IMG/VR virus record: IMGVR_UViG_3300037991_000441
Location: 1-34,104 of that record
Reading direction: 5' to 3' (one strand)
Origin: a virus
Taxonomy: Duplodnaviria > Caudoviricetes
Length of the DNA: 34,104 bases
A program made the position numbers and the translations under genes. Every line of letters starts with the position of its first letter. Position 1 is the stretch's first letter. The notes under the pieces were generated by a model that was not told where the DNA came from, searched no databases, and worked only from the letters and a program-made list of their open reading frames with translations. Positions 1 through 10,768 of this stretch are shown in pieces.

Positions 1-1643
1 AGTATCTTTTGTGTAGTCTGCCTTGCTAACTCATGAGCATCATCTCTTGTTAATGTACCTGATGTTCTCTTTCCATCATCTGTTACTCTATATGTTGTTT
101 TCATCAATTCAGTAGTGAGGAGTTCTTCAAACTCTTCTCTGTTTGCTCGAATCATATCTATGTTGAAGTTTCTTGGAAAAAAGTTTTCATCAAAATAGTT
201 TTCACCTGATTGCTGACGATTCTTTATATCATCTAATCTTTGCAATACTTCATTAAGCTCATCTGTTTTCTTTTCAATTGTCTTTGTGTAACTCTCATCC
301 CAAAGCTTTCTTCTTGCTAAATGAAATTCTTGTTTTGCTCTACCATCTTTTGTGTATGGAATTTGCTTTCCATCTTTTTCAAAGAAACCTCTTTTCAAAT
401 CAGTTTCCATTTGCTTTATTTTTTCACGATTCTGATTTCTTTTTTCAATTCGTGAATCTAAATCTTGTCTTAATCTAAATGGTTTACCTCTTTCAAAGTT
501 TGCTCCACCTAATAATCCAACAGCTTCCTTCTCAATCTTTTCATTCTTAAATGTCTTTATCATAAAATTGATTGCAGCATTTTCCATATCAGTATCGCCA
601 GCTTCACCTCGTATATATCTTACTGTTACATCGTGAAAGAATTGTTGCTCTGTTTTTTGCTGACCACCACCCATTAATCTTCTTGGTGTTTGATATAACT
701 TTTGCCACTCAACTTGTTCAAAAGAAAATAAATTTTCAGCAGAACGTAATGGTGACATACCAACTGATTGTAAATAAAAACTTCTCATTTTGATTGTAAA
801 GTCATAAAGCTTTGCCATGTGCTTTGCTTTATTCTGATGAACACTATTACCCAGCTTAAATCCACGCTTTATGAGTTCAAGATTCAATCCGCTATCAAAA
901 CCAAGCTTCAAGATATAATATTTAGATATTGCTGTTGCTGTGCTATCAGTTAGTAAATCTTTAATAGGATTAAAAATAAAACGAAACAACGGACTCTTAA
1001 TATAAATATTTTCAGAAAACTTCAATCCTTCATTAAATTTTTCTAATGCTTTTCTTCTAAATCGTATTGCTTTTGAATTATCATTAGCTCGAATATTCAG
1101 TTCTTCTACACGATTAAGAATAGCAGTTTGTGCATCTTCAAGTTGTATAATACGCTTACCAACTTTATCGACCTTTACATACTGCCTTAACTGGTCAACA
1201 TGAATGCTGTCTGATGGATTATACTTTTCATCTTTATTGACACCATACTTTTCTTGCTTCTTAGTAACTGGATTATATCTACCTTCATCTTTAATTTTTG
1301 TAAGAAACTTTTGAAACTCAGGTGTATTTAGCTTTGCTATTTCTTTACCCATCTTTGATGCTTCTTCTTGAAGAATAGGTACTTGTTTGTCATAAGCATT
1401 CTTATTACTTATTAACTGGTCTCGGTCTGCAAGAGCTTCAATCTTTTTTGTATCATATACTTCATCACCAACTTTAAATTGTTTTATTTTTCCTTCAGCA
1501 ACTTTTTTAGAGTCTTTGAATATTTTACTACTTTGTGTTTGTTTATTTTCAGCTTGCTGTTGTTTGAGATACTCAATTTCTTTTGTAATCTTAGCTGTAT
1601 AATCATCAACAGTATCACCAACAGAGTTTGCTAATTGTTGAAT
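1..1643. repeat. Terminal duplication, copy A (matches 32462..34104)
   Basis: Manual alignment at offset 32461: no indels, about 62 substitutions, first and last 77 bp identical. Confidence 0.97.
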
Positions 1644-2654
1644 TGCTGATTTATCTTTTAATATAAGTTGTCTGTATCTGATACCACTAGAAACTTCTGC
1701 TGCTTCTTCAATAATGTCATCTATTTGTGCTTTACTAAAAGGTAGCAAAACATCTTCAATAAATCTGTCACCTCTTGGTTTTGTATTTGGTTTTCCTGTT
1801 GTTCTTATCTGTTGTTCTTTAATTGCATGCGTTGCTTCATCAGTATGTTTATTACTAAAAGCAACACCTTTAGAAAAATTATCAGCACTATTTCTAAATG
1901 CTTTTGCTTGAGCTGTTATTGGCACACCAATCAAACCACCAAGTATTCCACCAAAAACAGTCGCAGCACCAACACTCATTCCAACCTCACCAGGGGTTGC
2001 AAGAGGGTCAAATGGATAACGAGTCATCTCTTGAGCAGCAACAATAACTCCAGTACCAGCACCCACTCTCACAGCAGAACGAGCAATACCAACAGTTGGG
2101 CCGCCAAAAGGTAATGCTATAAAATTAATAGGGTCTAAGAATGCTGCTCCGAGATTCTGCCAGAAACCACCCATTCTAATTATTTCTCTTCTTGCTATAT
2201 TTTCATCAAGAACTCTTTTCTTAAATTCAAAATGGTCAAGATTCTTTGCATCAGCAAAATACAATGCATGCTCTTCGTATCCACGAATGAGTTCTTCATC
2301 AAAAGGATTAAAGTTTGGGTCAAACTCAACCTCTTCTTTATCCTTAAACTCTTGAAGAATTTTAAACTCATCAATATTCTGTTCTTCTGGTTGATTACGC
2401 AAGCCATCATAAGTAACTGGTGGCATACCAGCCAAACCCATATAATATGAAAAAGGTCTAGCAAATCCTTTTGTGTTAAACTGTAAATCTTCATTAAATG
2501 CTTCAAACTGAGAGTCATAACTAAATCCAAACATTGCTTGGGTAGAATCCCAAAATGATGGTGCTAGTTGTTCTGTTGGAAGAAATCCTTCTATATCAGC
2601 AAGACCACTTGGTCTGTACGCATTATCAATAAGAAATTCAGTTTTCTCACTCAT
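1..2654 (-). CDS. Largest internal virion (ejection) protein, T7 gp16-position; N-terminal part, runs off the window edge
   Basis: Missing from the ORF track because it has no stop in the window. ATG at 2654 overlaps the upstream TGA (ATGA). Translates MSEKTEFLIDNAYRPSGLAD..., with a Gly/Ala-rich hydrophobic segment (LGAAFLDPINFIALPFGG...VGAATVFGGILGGLIG). In frame with 30826..33486 through the duplicated ends, giving about 1429 aa in total. Confidence 0.8.
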   Translation of the reverse strand, partial: MSEKTEFLIDNAYRPSGLADIEGFLPTEQLAPSFWDSTQAMFGFSYDSQFEAFNEDLQFNTKGFARPFSYYMGLAGMPPVTYDGLRNQPEEQNIDEFKILQEFKDKEEVEFDPNFNPFDEELIRGYEEHALYFADAKNLDHFEFKKRVLDENIARREIIRMGGFWQNLGAAFLDPINFIALPFGGPTVGIARSAVRVGAGTGVIVAAQEMTRYPFDPLATPGEVGMSVGAATVFGGILGGLIGVPITAQAKAFRNSADNFSKGVAFSNKHTDEATHAIKEQQIRTTGKPNTKPRGDRFIEDVLLPFSKAQIDDIIEEAAEVSSGIRYRQLILKDKSAIQQLANSVGDTVDDYTAKITKEIEYLKQQQAENKQTQSSKIFKDSKKVAEGKIKQFKVGDEVYDTKKIEALADRDQLISNKNAYDKQVPILQEEASKMGKEIAKLNTPEFQKFLTKIKDEGRYNPVTKKQEKYGVNKDEKYNPSDSIHVDQLRQYVKVDKVGKRIIQLEDAQTAILNRVEELNIRANDNSKAIRFRRKALEKFNEGLKFSENIYIKSPLFRFIFNPIKDLLTDSTATAISKYYILKLGFDSGLNLELIKRGFKLGNSVHQNKAKHMAKLYDFTIKMRSFYLQSVGMSPLRSAENLFSFEQVEWQKLYQTPRRLMGGGQQKTEQQFFHDVTVRYIRGEAGDTDMENAAINFMIKTFKNEKIEKEAVGLLGGANFERGKPFRLRQDLDSRIEKRNQNREKIKQMETDLKRGFFEKDGKQIPYTKDGRAKQEFHLARRKLWDESYTKTIEKKTDELNEVLQRLDDIKNRQQSGENYFDENFFPRNFNIDMIRANREEFEELLTTELMKTTYRVTDDGKRTSGTLTRDDAHELARQTTQKI

Positions 2655-5600
2655 CTAACAAATAATCCATAAAATCTATTCAATGCATCTGTCCCAGTTT
2701 CATTTAATCCTTGCTCTATTTGTTCTCTTCTTTCAACCCCTGGTCTTAACTGCTCCCTAAGTATATTGTCATATACTCCATCTTTATCAAAAGCAGCAGC
2801 CAAACTTCCAAGTGAAAAAACAAAAGGAAGTGCATCACCTTTAGTATTAGTTACAATTACCGGAGTAAGAGTTTCATTTGCTGTAACTCTCATTGCCTGA
2901 TAAATTATTTCATTTGCATTTGCAGTTTCATAAGCAACTAGAACTACTTTATCAATACCCTCTTTCTTAGCTTCTTCTTTCAATCTTTCTTTAAATATCT
3001 TTTCAGATATATCTTTTCCAGCCTTTAACTCTTTAGCGTAACGTCTTTTGAATTGTGTAGGTAATGTATTTATTTGTGCATACACTTCATCAGTCGGTAG
3101 TGTTTGTCTTGAGAATTTATATTTTTTTAGAAACTCATCTGTCTGCACAGCATTAAAATCAAATACCATATTTGGAGGTAATCTATCATTTACATAGTCT
3201 ACCATAGCAAGATACTTTGCTTCACCTAAATGTATAGCTGGATGGAGTCTTGTATGAGTTGTAGAAAGAGTATGCATATTAGAAAAATCCAATACATTAC
3301 CATCAGATTCCATATAGTTTGTTTCCATATACTCAGTTAACATTGTTTTGAACTGTGAATAATATTGCTTCAATCCAGACTTATCATTGCGTAATTCTGC
3401 ATCCATTGCAGCAACACTCCAAAAATGTTCTGCTATATCTATTATTTCTTGTGGTGGTTGGAATAAAGATAATGCTGCTTTGTTATCTTTAGCTGGACCG
3501 AATATCTCTGTACTGTTTATTAAATCTTTAATTATTATTTCTCGATTAGCTTCTGTGGGGGAATAAAGAGTTTTGATATTTAGTTGCTTTTTTAATATTT
3601 TAAAAGCATCATTCATCTGCTCATTTGTTATTTGACTATAAGAATTAAGCAAGTCAGAATATGGTGCATCATACTGAACCATAGTTGCTGTTCTTTCAGT
3701 AGGCATACCAATACCTTCATTATCTAATAAATTAAATGCTTGTTGATTTCCACCAGCTCTAAATCTAAGAATATGATTTATTGTTCTTAGTTCTTTGAAA
3801 CTATCATTTATACTTTTAAAACCATAGTTACCAGCAAACTTATTAGTTCCCTTATATCCTATATATGAAACTTTTCTTCCATTTGCAGATGGCTGTGACT
3901 CAAGATTTATTCTATGAGTATCCATTGCTTTGAGAACAGACTCTTCAGCACCACCCATCATATTATATCCATCAACAAACTGATGAGGTAAATATCCCTC
4001 ACCAATCAATTTATACATCAAATCAGTAACAGGATTCTTTTTAAGCGACTCTTCAGAAAAATAAAAACCCTTCATGTTTTCTTCAATAGTCTTATCTTTA
4101 TCAATCAAACCTAAATTATTTTCATCATTATATTTTACAAGAGCTTCGAATAATATATTGTCTACCAGTCTTGAAGCTTTCTCATCTCTTTTCAAAGTTC
4201 CTTTGATAATATTATTCATATCATTTGCTTCATTTAGTGCTTCTTGTCTACCTGATTGTTCACTAATAGTGAGTGCTATTAGCTGTGATATAGAAGTTTC
4301 TAAATCTGTTCGTACTGGTTCAAGTTGTAAATCATCTCTTTCATAGTACTTTTCATAAGCAGCCAAATACTCTGGTTTAATTTTTGATTTAAGTTCTTCA
4401 TTTGGATTTCTTACATAGCTTAAGAAGTTCTTTAGGTCTGTTGATTTCTTAGCATTGAGAACAAAGATACCCTGTTCTTCTATTTGATTTGGCTCAAGTG
4501 CAACAGATTTAGCAACCTCTCCAGCCACAAGTTTATTTATTTGTTTACCTAATACTTGTTCTAATCTTGCTCTATCAGCATTTACTATTGTACCAACATT
4601 CTTCGCACCACTTTCGGTAGCCCAATTTGAAAACCTTTTAATAAAATCATCGATAGTTTTTACAGCATCAGTAACGTCTTCATCAGTTCTTACTTCAAAT
4701 AACTCATCTTCAATCACTCCTTTTTCTAACTCATATTTAAGAAGTTCTTCTCTTTTGCCCTGAATTTTTAATTCATTTTCTTTCTTTTGAACATTAGCTT
4801 CTATTCTTGATTCTTCTAATTTTCTAGTATTCGAGTAATTAGCTACTGCTGTTCTTATCTGACCAATATTATCTTCAGACAAAACATTTGTACTTGCAAC
4901 CTTGTTAAAAAATTCAATAACTTTTTTTCTTGTTGGCTCATCAAAGTCAACTGAATTACCGCCAATATCAATATAAGAACGTAAATTACGTTCATCTCCA
5001 TCTTGAAGATATAATGTTATTGCTTCCCAAGCTCCTGATGGCAGTATATCTCCGTTACTATCTTTTATTCGCTTAACTTCTTTTGCTAGTCTAATTGTAG
5101 CTGTTTTTGCAAGATAACCTTTTTTCTGTAATAACTTTTCACTATTAAATGCATCATTATTATCTGTGCTTAGTTGCTCAAACTTTTTTTCCAAAGCATT
5201 AACAGTTTCAGAAGAATATGGAATGTTTCTAAGACCTTCAATATCGGTATTAACAATGCTTAGTATTTCATTTGTTTCCTGTCTTTTTGAAGAACTAGAT
5301 GGTTGAGAACTTGTAATTATTTGTTTTGTTAATTCTTTATATTTTGTAGAGAGAGCAACAAGACTATCCATCTGCCATCCCTCTGTACTATTTAAAATAT
5401 CATTTAAGTCTGCTAGCTGTTCAGGATTGCTTTGTAAATTTTCACCAATGTATGTACCACCAGAAAGCAAATAACCATGCATATTATCAACATCTAATTT
5501 ACTTAAACCTTCTTCACTATAAAGTTTAGCAACAGTTGAACTCAAATCTAAATTTGCTATTTTTCTTGAATATGATTGTGCTAATCCTTTTACTCTTGCT

Positions 5601-6298
5601 TGACCAAAAGTATTTTCTAATTCTTTTGAAGAGGTAACTACATTTTCTAATTGAGCCCTTATTCCAGCCATCAGCATTTCATCGCCTTGACGTTTTGCTT
5701 GATTATATTTTGATGCAAGACTTATAAACTCTTCTTCAATCATTCTCATACTTGCAAGGTTTGATGTTTCTCGTAAACCAGCTTGTATATTTGCCTTACC
5801 TAATGTGAGAGTATCAATACCATCATTCTTAATAATATCTTTAAATTCTGCTGGTGAGTTATCTACTAATGTATCAACATACGCACCAAACACATTTGCA
5901 TATAATTCATCACCACCAGCAACATCTTTATATTTAAGAGCTAATTCTTTATGCTTTACCTCAATATCTTTTTGAATACTCCGCATAAATTTTTTATTAG
6001 CTAAAGTTTTGAATGACCTTCGTGCATTTGCTCCTAAGTCTTGAAACTCTTTTGTATCGTATGCTTCAAAATCACCATCAGCATTTAGTGTGTAGAACTT
6101 TTCCATAGGCATTGTTCTTGCAGCTTTTTCACCAGCTTCAGTTGATGCCAACTTCATTTCTTGCAATGCTATATTACTAAGCTTTTCAGCTTCTGCTGCT
6201 ACACCAAGAAGCGATTGCTCCACAGCATTAGTACGTTGAATAACTCCTATAGGTTTGTTATTGAATGTAAGTTTTTGTTGTTTTAAATTTATAACCAT
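2651..6298 (-). CDS. Internal virion (ejection) protein, T7 gp15-position, 1215 aa
   Basis: Long charged helical ORF between the gp14-like and gp16-like genes, coupled to both neighbours by overlapping stop/start codons. Confidence 0.7.
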   Translation of the reverse strand: MVINLKQQKLTFNNKPIGVIQRTNAVEQSLLGVAAEAEKLSNIALQEMKLASTEAGEKAARTMPMEKFYTLNADGDFEAYDTKEFQDLGANARRSFKTLANKKFMRSIQKDIEVKHKELALKYKDVAGGDELYANVFGAYVDTLVDNSPAEFKDIIKNDGIDTLTLGKANIQAGLRETSNLASMRMIEEEFISLASKYNQAKRQGDEMLMAGIRAQLENVVTSSKELENTFGQARVKGLAQSYSRKIANLDLSSTVAKLYSEEGLSKLDVDNMHGYLLSGGTYIGENLQSNPEQLADLNDILNSTEGWQMDSLVALSTKYKELTKQIITSSQPSSSSKRQETNEILSIVNTDIEGLRNIPYSSETVNALEKKFEQLSTDNNDAFNSEKLLQKKGYLAKTATIRLAKEVKRIKDSNGDILPSGAWEAITLYLQDGDERNLRSYIDIGGNSVDFDEPTRKKVIEFFNKVASTNVLSEDNIGQIRTAVANYSNTRKLEESRIEANVQKKENELKIQGKREELLKYELEKGVIEDELFEVRTDEDVTDAVKTIDDFIKRFSNWATESGAKNVGTIVNADRARLEQVLGKQINKLVAGEVAKSVALEPNQIEEQGIFVLNAKKSTDLKNFLSYVRNPNEELKSKIKPEYLAAYEKYYERDDLQLEPVRTDLETSISQLIALTISEQSGRQEALNEANDMNNIIKGTLKRDEKASRLVDNILFEALVKYNDENNLGLIDKDKTIEENMKGFYFSEESLKKNPVTDLMYKLIGEGYLPHQFVDGYNMMGGAEESVLKAMDTHRINLESQPSANGRKVSYIGYKGTNKFAGNYGFKSINDSFKELRTINHILRFRAGGNQQAFNLLDNEGIGMPTERTATMVQYDAPYSDLLNSYSQITNEQMNDAFKILKKQLNIKTLYSPTEANREIIIKDLINSTEIFGPAKDNKAALSLFQPPQEIIDIAEHFWSVAAMDAELRNDKSGLKQYYSQFKTMLTEYMETNYMESDGNVLDFSNMHTLSTTHTRLHPAIHLGEAKYLAMVDYVNDRLPPNMVFDFNAVQTDEFLKKYKFSRQTLPTDEVYAQINTLPTQFKRRYAKELKAGKDISEKIFKERLKEEAKKEGIDKVVLVAYETANANEIIYQAMRVTANETLTPVIVTNTKGDALPFVFSLGSLAAAFDKDGVYDNILREQLRPGVERREQIEQGLNETGTDALNRFYGLFVR

Positions 6299-6750
6299 TA
6301 TGCGTATGTCTTGTAATCATGAAATGCTTTTATACCAGATGATACTGCTCGTAAGTATAGATATTGTGCTTTTGCATCACCCTCTATTCTAACTTGTTCT
6401 GCTTGTCTTCTATATTTATCATCAGTAAATAAAGCTTGCCTATCTAATCGAACAATATCTTTACCTACAGTTTTTTCTTGTTTCTTTTGAAATGCTCTAA
6501 AGCTTCTATCAAGACCAATATCTCTAGTAGTTCCACCACCTAACAAAGCTTCATTCTTATTCACATCATCAAAATAAGCATCCATCCTATCATTATGCTT
6601 TTGTAAATACATAATCTCATTACGTTTTTTATCTTCTTCAATCTCTCTTGCTCGAGAGTCTGCTTGTTGTTTTGCTGCGTTTGCTGCCGATGCAGTTGCC
6701 ATAACTCCAATAAGAGAACTGGCTAATTGTAAAAATGGTAAAAATGGCAT
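6298..6750 (-). CDS. Internal virion protein, T7 gp14-like
   Basis: Hydrophobic N-terminus followed by an Ala/Gln-rich helix; lies directly after tail tubular protein B. Confidence 0.7.
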   Translation of the reverse strand: MPFLPFLQLASSLIGVMATASAANAAKQQADSRAREIEEDKKRNEIMYLQKHNDRMDAYFDDVNKNEALLGGGTTRDIGLDRSFRAFQKKQEKTVGKDIVRLDRQALFTDDKYRRQAEQVRIEGDAKAQYLYLRAVSSGIKAFHDYKTYA

Positions 6751-9014
6751 TAGAAAGCTACCTCCGCTACTATTGAATTAATCTGTAATGCCAATGGTGC
6801 ATTCTGTGTAATAGTTATTTGTGGGTCACGACCAAATCCCAACAATCTAAATTCTTTCTTACCAGTAATTGCATTTCTTGGCTGGCTCATATCATCAGTT
6901 ACCTGACGTATAATTAAATTAGTATTATTTACAGTAACGGAAAGAGTATTGTTCAAATCAAGAACAACTCTTTGTACTGTTCTAAACTCTCCAGTTAAAG
7001 GTCCATCTGCAACTACTGCATCTATTGGATTTGTTTTCAAAGTAACATCAAACTTCAGACCTATCTCTGCTGAAGATATAGAAGAGTCTACTGACGATAC
7101 GTCCACATTACCACCAGACACAGTAAAACTCCCAAGATAAAAAGTCCCATTGACCACATCAACCACAGCTCCGTTTGCGAAATCGGAACTAACGCTGAAG
7201 ACCCCATTAGTACCAGAATAAGTTTTAGCCAAATCAGTATTAAAGCTATTGCTAAACTCACAAAGAAAATATTTGTTAGTGCCGTCACCTTTATCAAATT
7301 TAACAACTGCATAAACACGTGTATCAATTACACAGACTGAATGAAATGAACCTTGACTTGTAAATTGTGTCCATCCAGCTCTTTGCTCCACTCTATTAGA
7401 ATTAAACACAGCTATACTACCATCAGCATCAACAATAAATAAATAGTTTTCTGCACGACCTATTGCACCAGAAAGCATAGCCATTTGTATTGGTGTATTT
7501 ATTAAATGACTTGATAGCGTTGAGATAGGTTGACCAGTATATCCTTTCACAGCATCAGAAAATATGAACTCTCGTACCATAGAACCTGATGAATCTACAA
7601 ATACTGTTGCTCCATCATATAAGTAAGGTCGGAGAAAAGAAGAACCAAATGATGTCTGTCGTTCTATTGATGCGTTAGTTGGTGTAGTAACTGCACCTTG
7701 TAATGCTGGAACTATAAACTCATCTGTTGATGTAAATACATGTAAATCTTTATTTGATATTATGTGACGAATAGTATTGATGTCACCAATACTTGCTGTC
7801 AAATCAAGTGCATCATTATCTGCCGCTTCTCCTACATCAAAATTAAAAAACGTACCAGTCTTACTTCCCCATAATCCATCAGGTTGTCCAAGCGTTCCAC
7901 CATACCATAAACGATTCTGATGAAAGGCTACTGCTGCTGGGAAACCACGCAATGCAGAGTATGACTGCTCAGACCATTCTGTAACTGGTGCATGCGTTTC
8001 TAGTGTAGGTGTACCTCCACCAGCAGCAGCAGATGTTGCATTTGCACCAGCAGTAAATGTAAATGTATTGTCATCTATAACTTCAGAAACTGTTCTTGCA
8101 CCATTAAGATTTGACCTTGCTATGCCACCAACAGCAGAAGCATTATCAACTGTAAATGCTGCGTTTGCTGCCAAACCATGATTGAGTAATGTAACCTCCA
8201 CAGTTCCAACACCCTCACTTGTTCGAAATGAATCAACCTTTAATCTTCTTTTTAAATTACCAAATACTGTGCCAGTTGCTTGTGTTGCAGATTGCACAGA
8301 AGTAATTTTAAACTCTGAATCATTGTATCTAAAGTTTATACCAACATGTAATGAGTTAGGATAATCACCACCAGATTGTGAACCAGTGGTATCCCAGTAA
8401 GCAGAACTTGTAGTAAAAGTAACACCACTACCACTTGTTGCACTTGGGTCAAGAGTTACACCAGGGGTTTGAAAACTAAAGTAAGGTTGATGCACAATTG
8501 TATTTGCTGAGTTTTGGTCAAATGTATATGTTTCAACAGCAAAAGAAGTAAGTCCTGTTCGCACAAGTTTTCTTACCATAAATGTTTGGTGAGCAATAAA
8601 CATTGTATCACCTGACTGTGCATAGGTAACTTCATGAATATTATCGTGTGTAAAAGGTAATGCTGCACTACTACTATCTTGTGTGATAGTTGTTGCAAGC
8701 GTTACATTAAAAGATGTGTCTACTCTAAACACTCTTATCTTTAGATTTTCAAGAGAGATAATATATCGTTCATCATCTGAAAATATATAAGGTATTATTC
8801 TATGCTGTTGAGTTTTAGAAGTATCAACAGTTGTATCAAACTCATATATATTACTAAGACCAGCTCGTTTTATAACTCCACCTTCAGCTCTTAGAAAAAA
8901 GTTCTCTACCTTTTGTGCAGAGCTAGAATATACTTTTGAATCTGTTCTCGATATAAGTGATGGACTAACTTCACCAAACTGAAAGTTGGATAAAGGAACT
9001 CTTAGCTTTCTCAT
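6750..9014 (-). CDS. Tail tubular protein B (nozzle, T7 gp12-like)
   Basis: N-terminal NFQFGEVSPSL...R.D, EVTYAQSGD, GFPAAVAFHQNRLWYGG...LWGS motifs; 754 aa. Confidence 0.9.
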   Translation of the reverse strand: MRKLRVPLSNFQFGEVSPSLISRTDSKVYSSSAQKVENFFLRAEGGVIKRAGLSNIYEFDTTVDTSKTQQHRIIPYIFSDDERYIISLENLKIRVFRVDTSFNVTLATTITQDSSSAALPFTHDNIHEVTYAQSGDTMFIAHQTFMVRKLVRTGLTSFAVETYTFDQNSANTIVHQPYFSFQTPGVTLDPSATSGSGVTFTTSSAYWDTTGSQSGGDYPNSLHVGINFRYNDSEFKITSVQSATQATGTVFGNLKRRLKVDSFRTSEGVGTVEVTLLNHGLAANAAFTVDNASAVGGIARSNLNGARTVSEVIDDNTFTFTAGANATSAAAGGGTPTLETHAPVTEWSEQSYSALRGFPAAVAFHQNRLWYGGTLGQPDGLWGSKTGTFFNFDVGEAADNDALDLTASIGDINTIRHIISNKDLHVFTSTDEFIVPALQGAVTTPTNASIERQTSFGSSFLRPYLYDGATVFVDSSGSMVREFIFSDAVKGYTGQPISTLSSHLINTPIQMAMLSGAIGRAENYLFIVDADGSIAVFNSNRVEQRAGWTQFTSQGSFHSVCVIDTRVYAVVKFDKGDGTNKYFLCEFSNSFNTDLAKTYSGTNGVFSVSSDFANGAVVDVVNGTFYLGSFTVSGGNVDVSSVDSSISSAEIGLKFDVTLKTNPIDAVVADGPLTGEFRTVQRVVLDLNNTLSVTVNNTNLIIRQVTDDMSQPRNAITGKKEFRLLGFGRDPQITITQNAPLALQINSIVAEVAF

Positions 9015-9016
9015 TC

Positions 9017-9607
9017 CTATCTCCTATTCTGAACAAAACGACCAGTTATTAGTTTTCTTGATGTTTGTTGTTGTGAGTCTACACTTCTTGCTTTTCTCAT
9101 AGCAGCATCAGCTAATGTTGCCATTGTTTGTGTAAGAGAACCATCTCTTGCTATTGATGTAGCAAATACTTGTGCCAATCCATAAGCAACTGCCATCACA
9201 AAATAGCTTGGAAAAAATTCTTCTGTTTGTCTAAATGTATAATCAGCTACAACTGTATCTGTTGTAGTTGTATCAGCATATATCATATCGCCATATATTT
9301 GATATTCTATTGGATTGTCATTAACTGTTATTGCATGAACAATTAATGTATCATTAGGTTGTTGATATGCTAAATCAAATCGTGCTGTTGGTGCATCAGT
9401 TAATCTATTCAAAGCTTCTTGATTTGTTGCAAATCTCCATCGAGCATTCGTTAAAGATGTTTGAACTACGTCTTCATAAATATTTGCAGCAACCCTTGCT
9501 TCTGTTGTTCCATCATCAAAAGATGTAATAGGTTCTGCTCCAATAAAGATTAAACCTCTATTACAAATGTCAATTGCTGTATCTGATTTGGTACTGACTA
9601 CTGCCAT
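9017..9607 (-). CDS. Tail tubular protein A (adaptor, T7 gp11-like)
   Basis: IDICNRGLIFIGAEPITSFDD...WRFA motif; position after the capsid genes. Confidence 0.88.
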   Translation of the reverse strand: MAVVSTKSDTAIDICNRGLIFIGAEPITSFDDGTTEARVAANIYEDVVQTSLTNARWRFATNQEALNRLTDAPTARFDLAYQQPNDTLIVHAITVNDNPIEYQIYGDMIYADTTTTDTVVADYTFRQTEEFFPSYFVMAVAYGLAQVFATSIARDGSLTQTMATLADAAMRKARSVDSQQQTSRKLITGRFVQNRR

Positions 9608-9614
9608 ATTAGAG

Positions 9615-9634
9615 TAGGGGGATTTCTCCCCCTA
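9615..9634 (-). terminator. Hairpin/leaky terminator after the capsid genes
   Basis: Minus strand TAGGGGGA-GAAA-TCCCCCTA with a weak T-tract; equivalent in position to T7 T-phi. Confidence 0.65.
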
Positions 9635-9637
9635 TCC

Positions 9638-9943
9638 TTAATCACTATCTGCGGTACTTAAATCAGAACCATCACCACAGTCAATAGCTGTAGCAGATAC
9701 GGATTTAACAACAGTTGCAGATAAAGTTTTATGTGTTGAATTAGCATCACATATTAGTATGACATCACCCTCGTTCATCATCCCAAGAGCAGACTGACCA
9801 TTCATTTCACCACCAGTAGCATCAGCAGTTGAAAAATAGTTTGCTGCTCTCACAACAGATAAAGCGTCATTAGATGTATAATACCAAAGGTTGACACCAC
9901 TTCCACCAGCTAATCTGGTGAGCTTACTCATATCAAGAGCCAT
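9638..9943 (-). CDS. Putative capsid decoration/minor structural protein
   Basis: 101 aa, directly downstream of the major capsid gene and upstream of the terminator hairpin; WYYTSND...V.AANYF motif. Confidence 0.6.
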   Translation of the reverse strand: MALDMSKLTRLAGGSGVNLWYYTSNDALSVVRAANYFSTADATGGEMNGQSALGMMNEGDVILICDANSTHKTLSATVVKSVSATAIDCGDGSDLSTADSD

Positions 9944-9955
9944 GATTACCCCCTA

Positions 9956-10768
9956 TTAATTATTATCTAAGACTTCATAGATACCATTGTCATCAATAAC
10001 AACAGCACCCATTGACATCATAGATGTTGCAAGATGAGATGCTTTCTCAGGGATATAGTTTATCTCTGTGGAAACATCAGAGTTTACGCCTAATCCTACA
10101 GCAGTAGTATGATAAGCCATATTCTTACCAGCAGTAATTGCAGAGGTAGAGAATATGTTGAAGCCTAGAAACTGCTTCATTGTCATACCACCAGCGAATG
10201 GTAGATTCTGCTCACCAACAAAGTCAGATGATGCAAACTCATTAATTAAGAATAAGTCTGCAAATCCCTTTGGGTGCATAGCAAGATAACGACCACCATC
10301 CTCAGGAATGTTTGCAGAACCAAAAGTTTCAAATAATGTAAGTAAGTCTGCTTTTTCAACAGCACTACTTGTATCATGTATTTGAGTTGAGTTAGCTCCA
10401 GCATCCATTGCTGTATACAGGATATCGTCAGTTTTTCGACCAAGAGCTGCTGCTGCTGACGTTGCAACTGCTTGTCTTTCGTCGATGTTAGTTTTGAGTT
10501 CATCTAGTTTGTCGATATATTCGGCAGCATAGAAATCACTCATGGTTGCTTCCACAGTTGTATGTGTTAGCTCCATAGGTGTTACCATACCATTTCTCGA
10601 TTTAGTAGATGCAGTACCAGTTCCAATCTTTTGAAAACGAACTACGTTTCCAGCTACATTGCCAACAGTACGCACAGTATTCCGTAGTTTAGAACCCATA
10701 CGCTGATATGCCATGTGAACATCAGACTCGAACTGTTTAATAAAGGCTGTATCAATTGTATTTGCCAT
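9956..10768 (-). CDS. Major capsid protein
   Basis: MANTIDTAFIKQFESDVHMAYQRMGSKLRNTVR...AAALGRKTD, typical of podoviral capsids; GGAG SD present. Confidence 0.92.
   Translation of the reverse strand: MANTIDTAFIKQFESDVHMAYQRMGSKLRNTVRTVGNVAGNVVRFQKIGTGTASTKSRNGMVTPMELTHTTVEATMSDFYAAEYIDKLDELKTNIDERQAVATSAAAALGRKTDDILYTAMDAGANSTQIHDTSSAVEKADLLTLFETFGSANIPEDGGRYLAMHPKGFADLFLINEFASSDFVGEQNLPFAGGMTMKQFLGFNIFSTSAITAGKNMAYHTTAVGLGVNSDVSTEINYIPEKASHLATSMMSMGAVVIDDNGIYEVLDNN

Noticed and set aside
1-1643. Diversity-generating retroelement TR/VR pair
   Set aside because: No reverse transcriptase; changes are mostly synonymous, not adenine-specific, and the repeat is far too long.
6066-6086. NADGDF in the 1215-aa protein as an RNA polymerase NADFDGD motif
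   Set aside because: It lacks the DxDxD triad, lies near the N-terminus and has no other RNAP motifs around it.
9944-9970. T7 10A/10B-type capsid frameshift
   Set aside because: No slippery heptamer; tandem TAA TAG stops; the next gene has its own SD.
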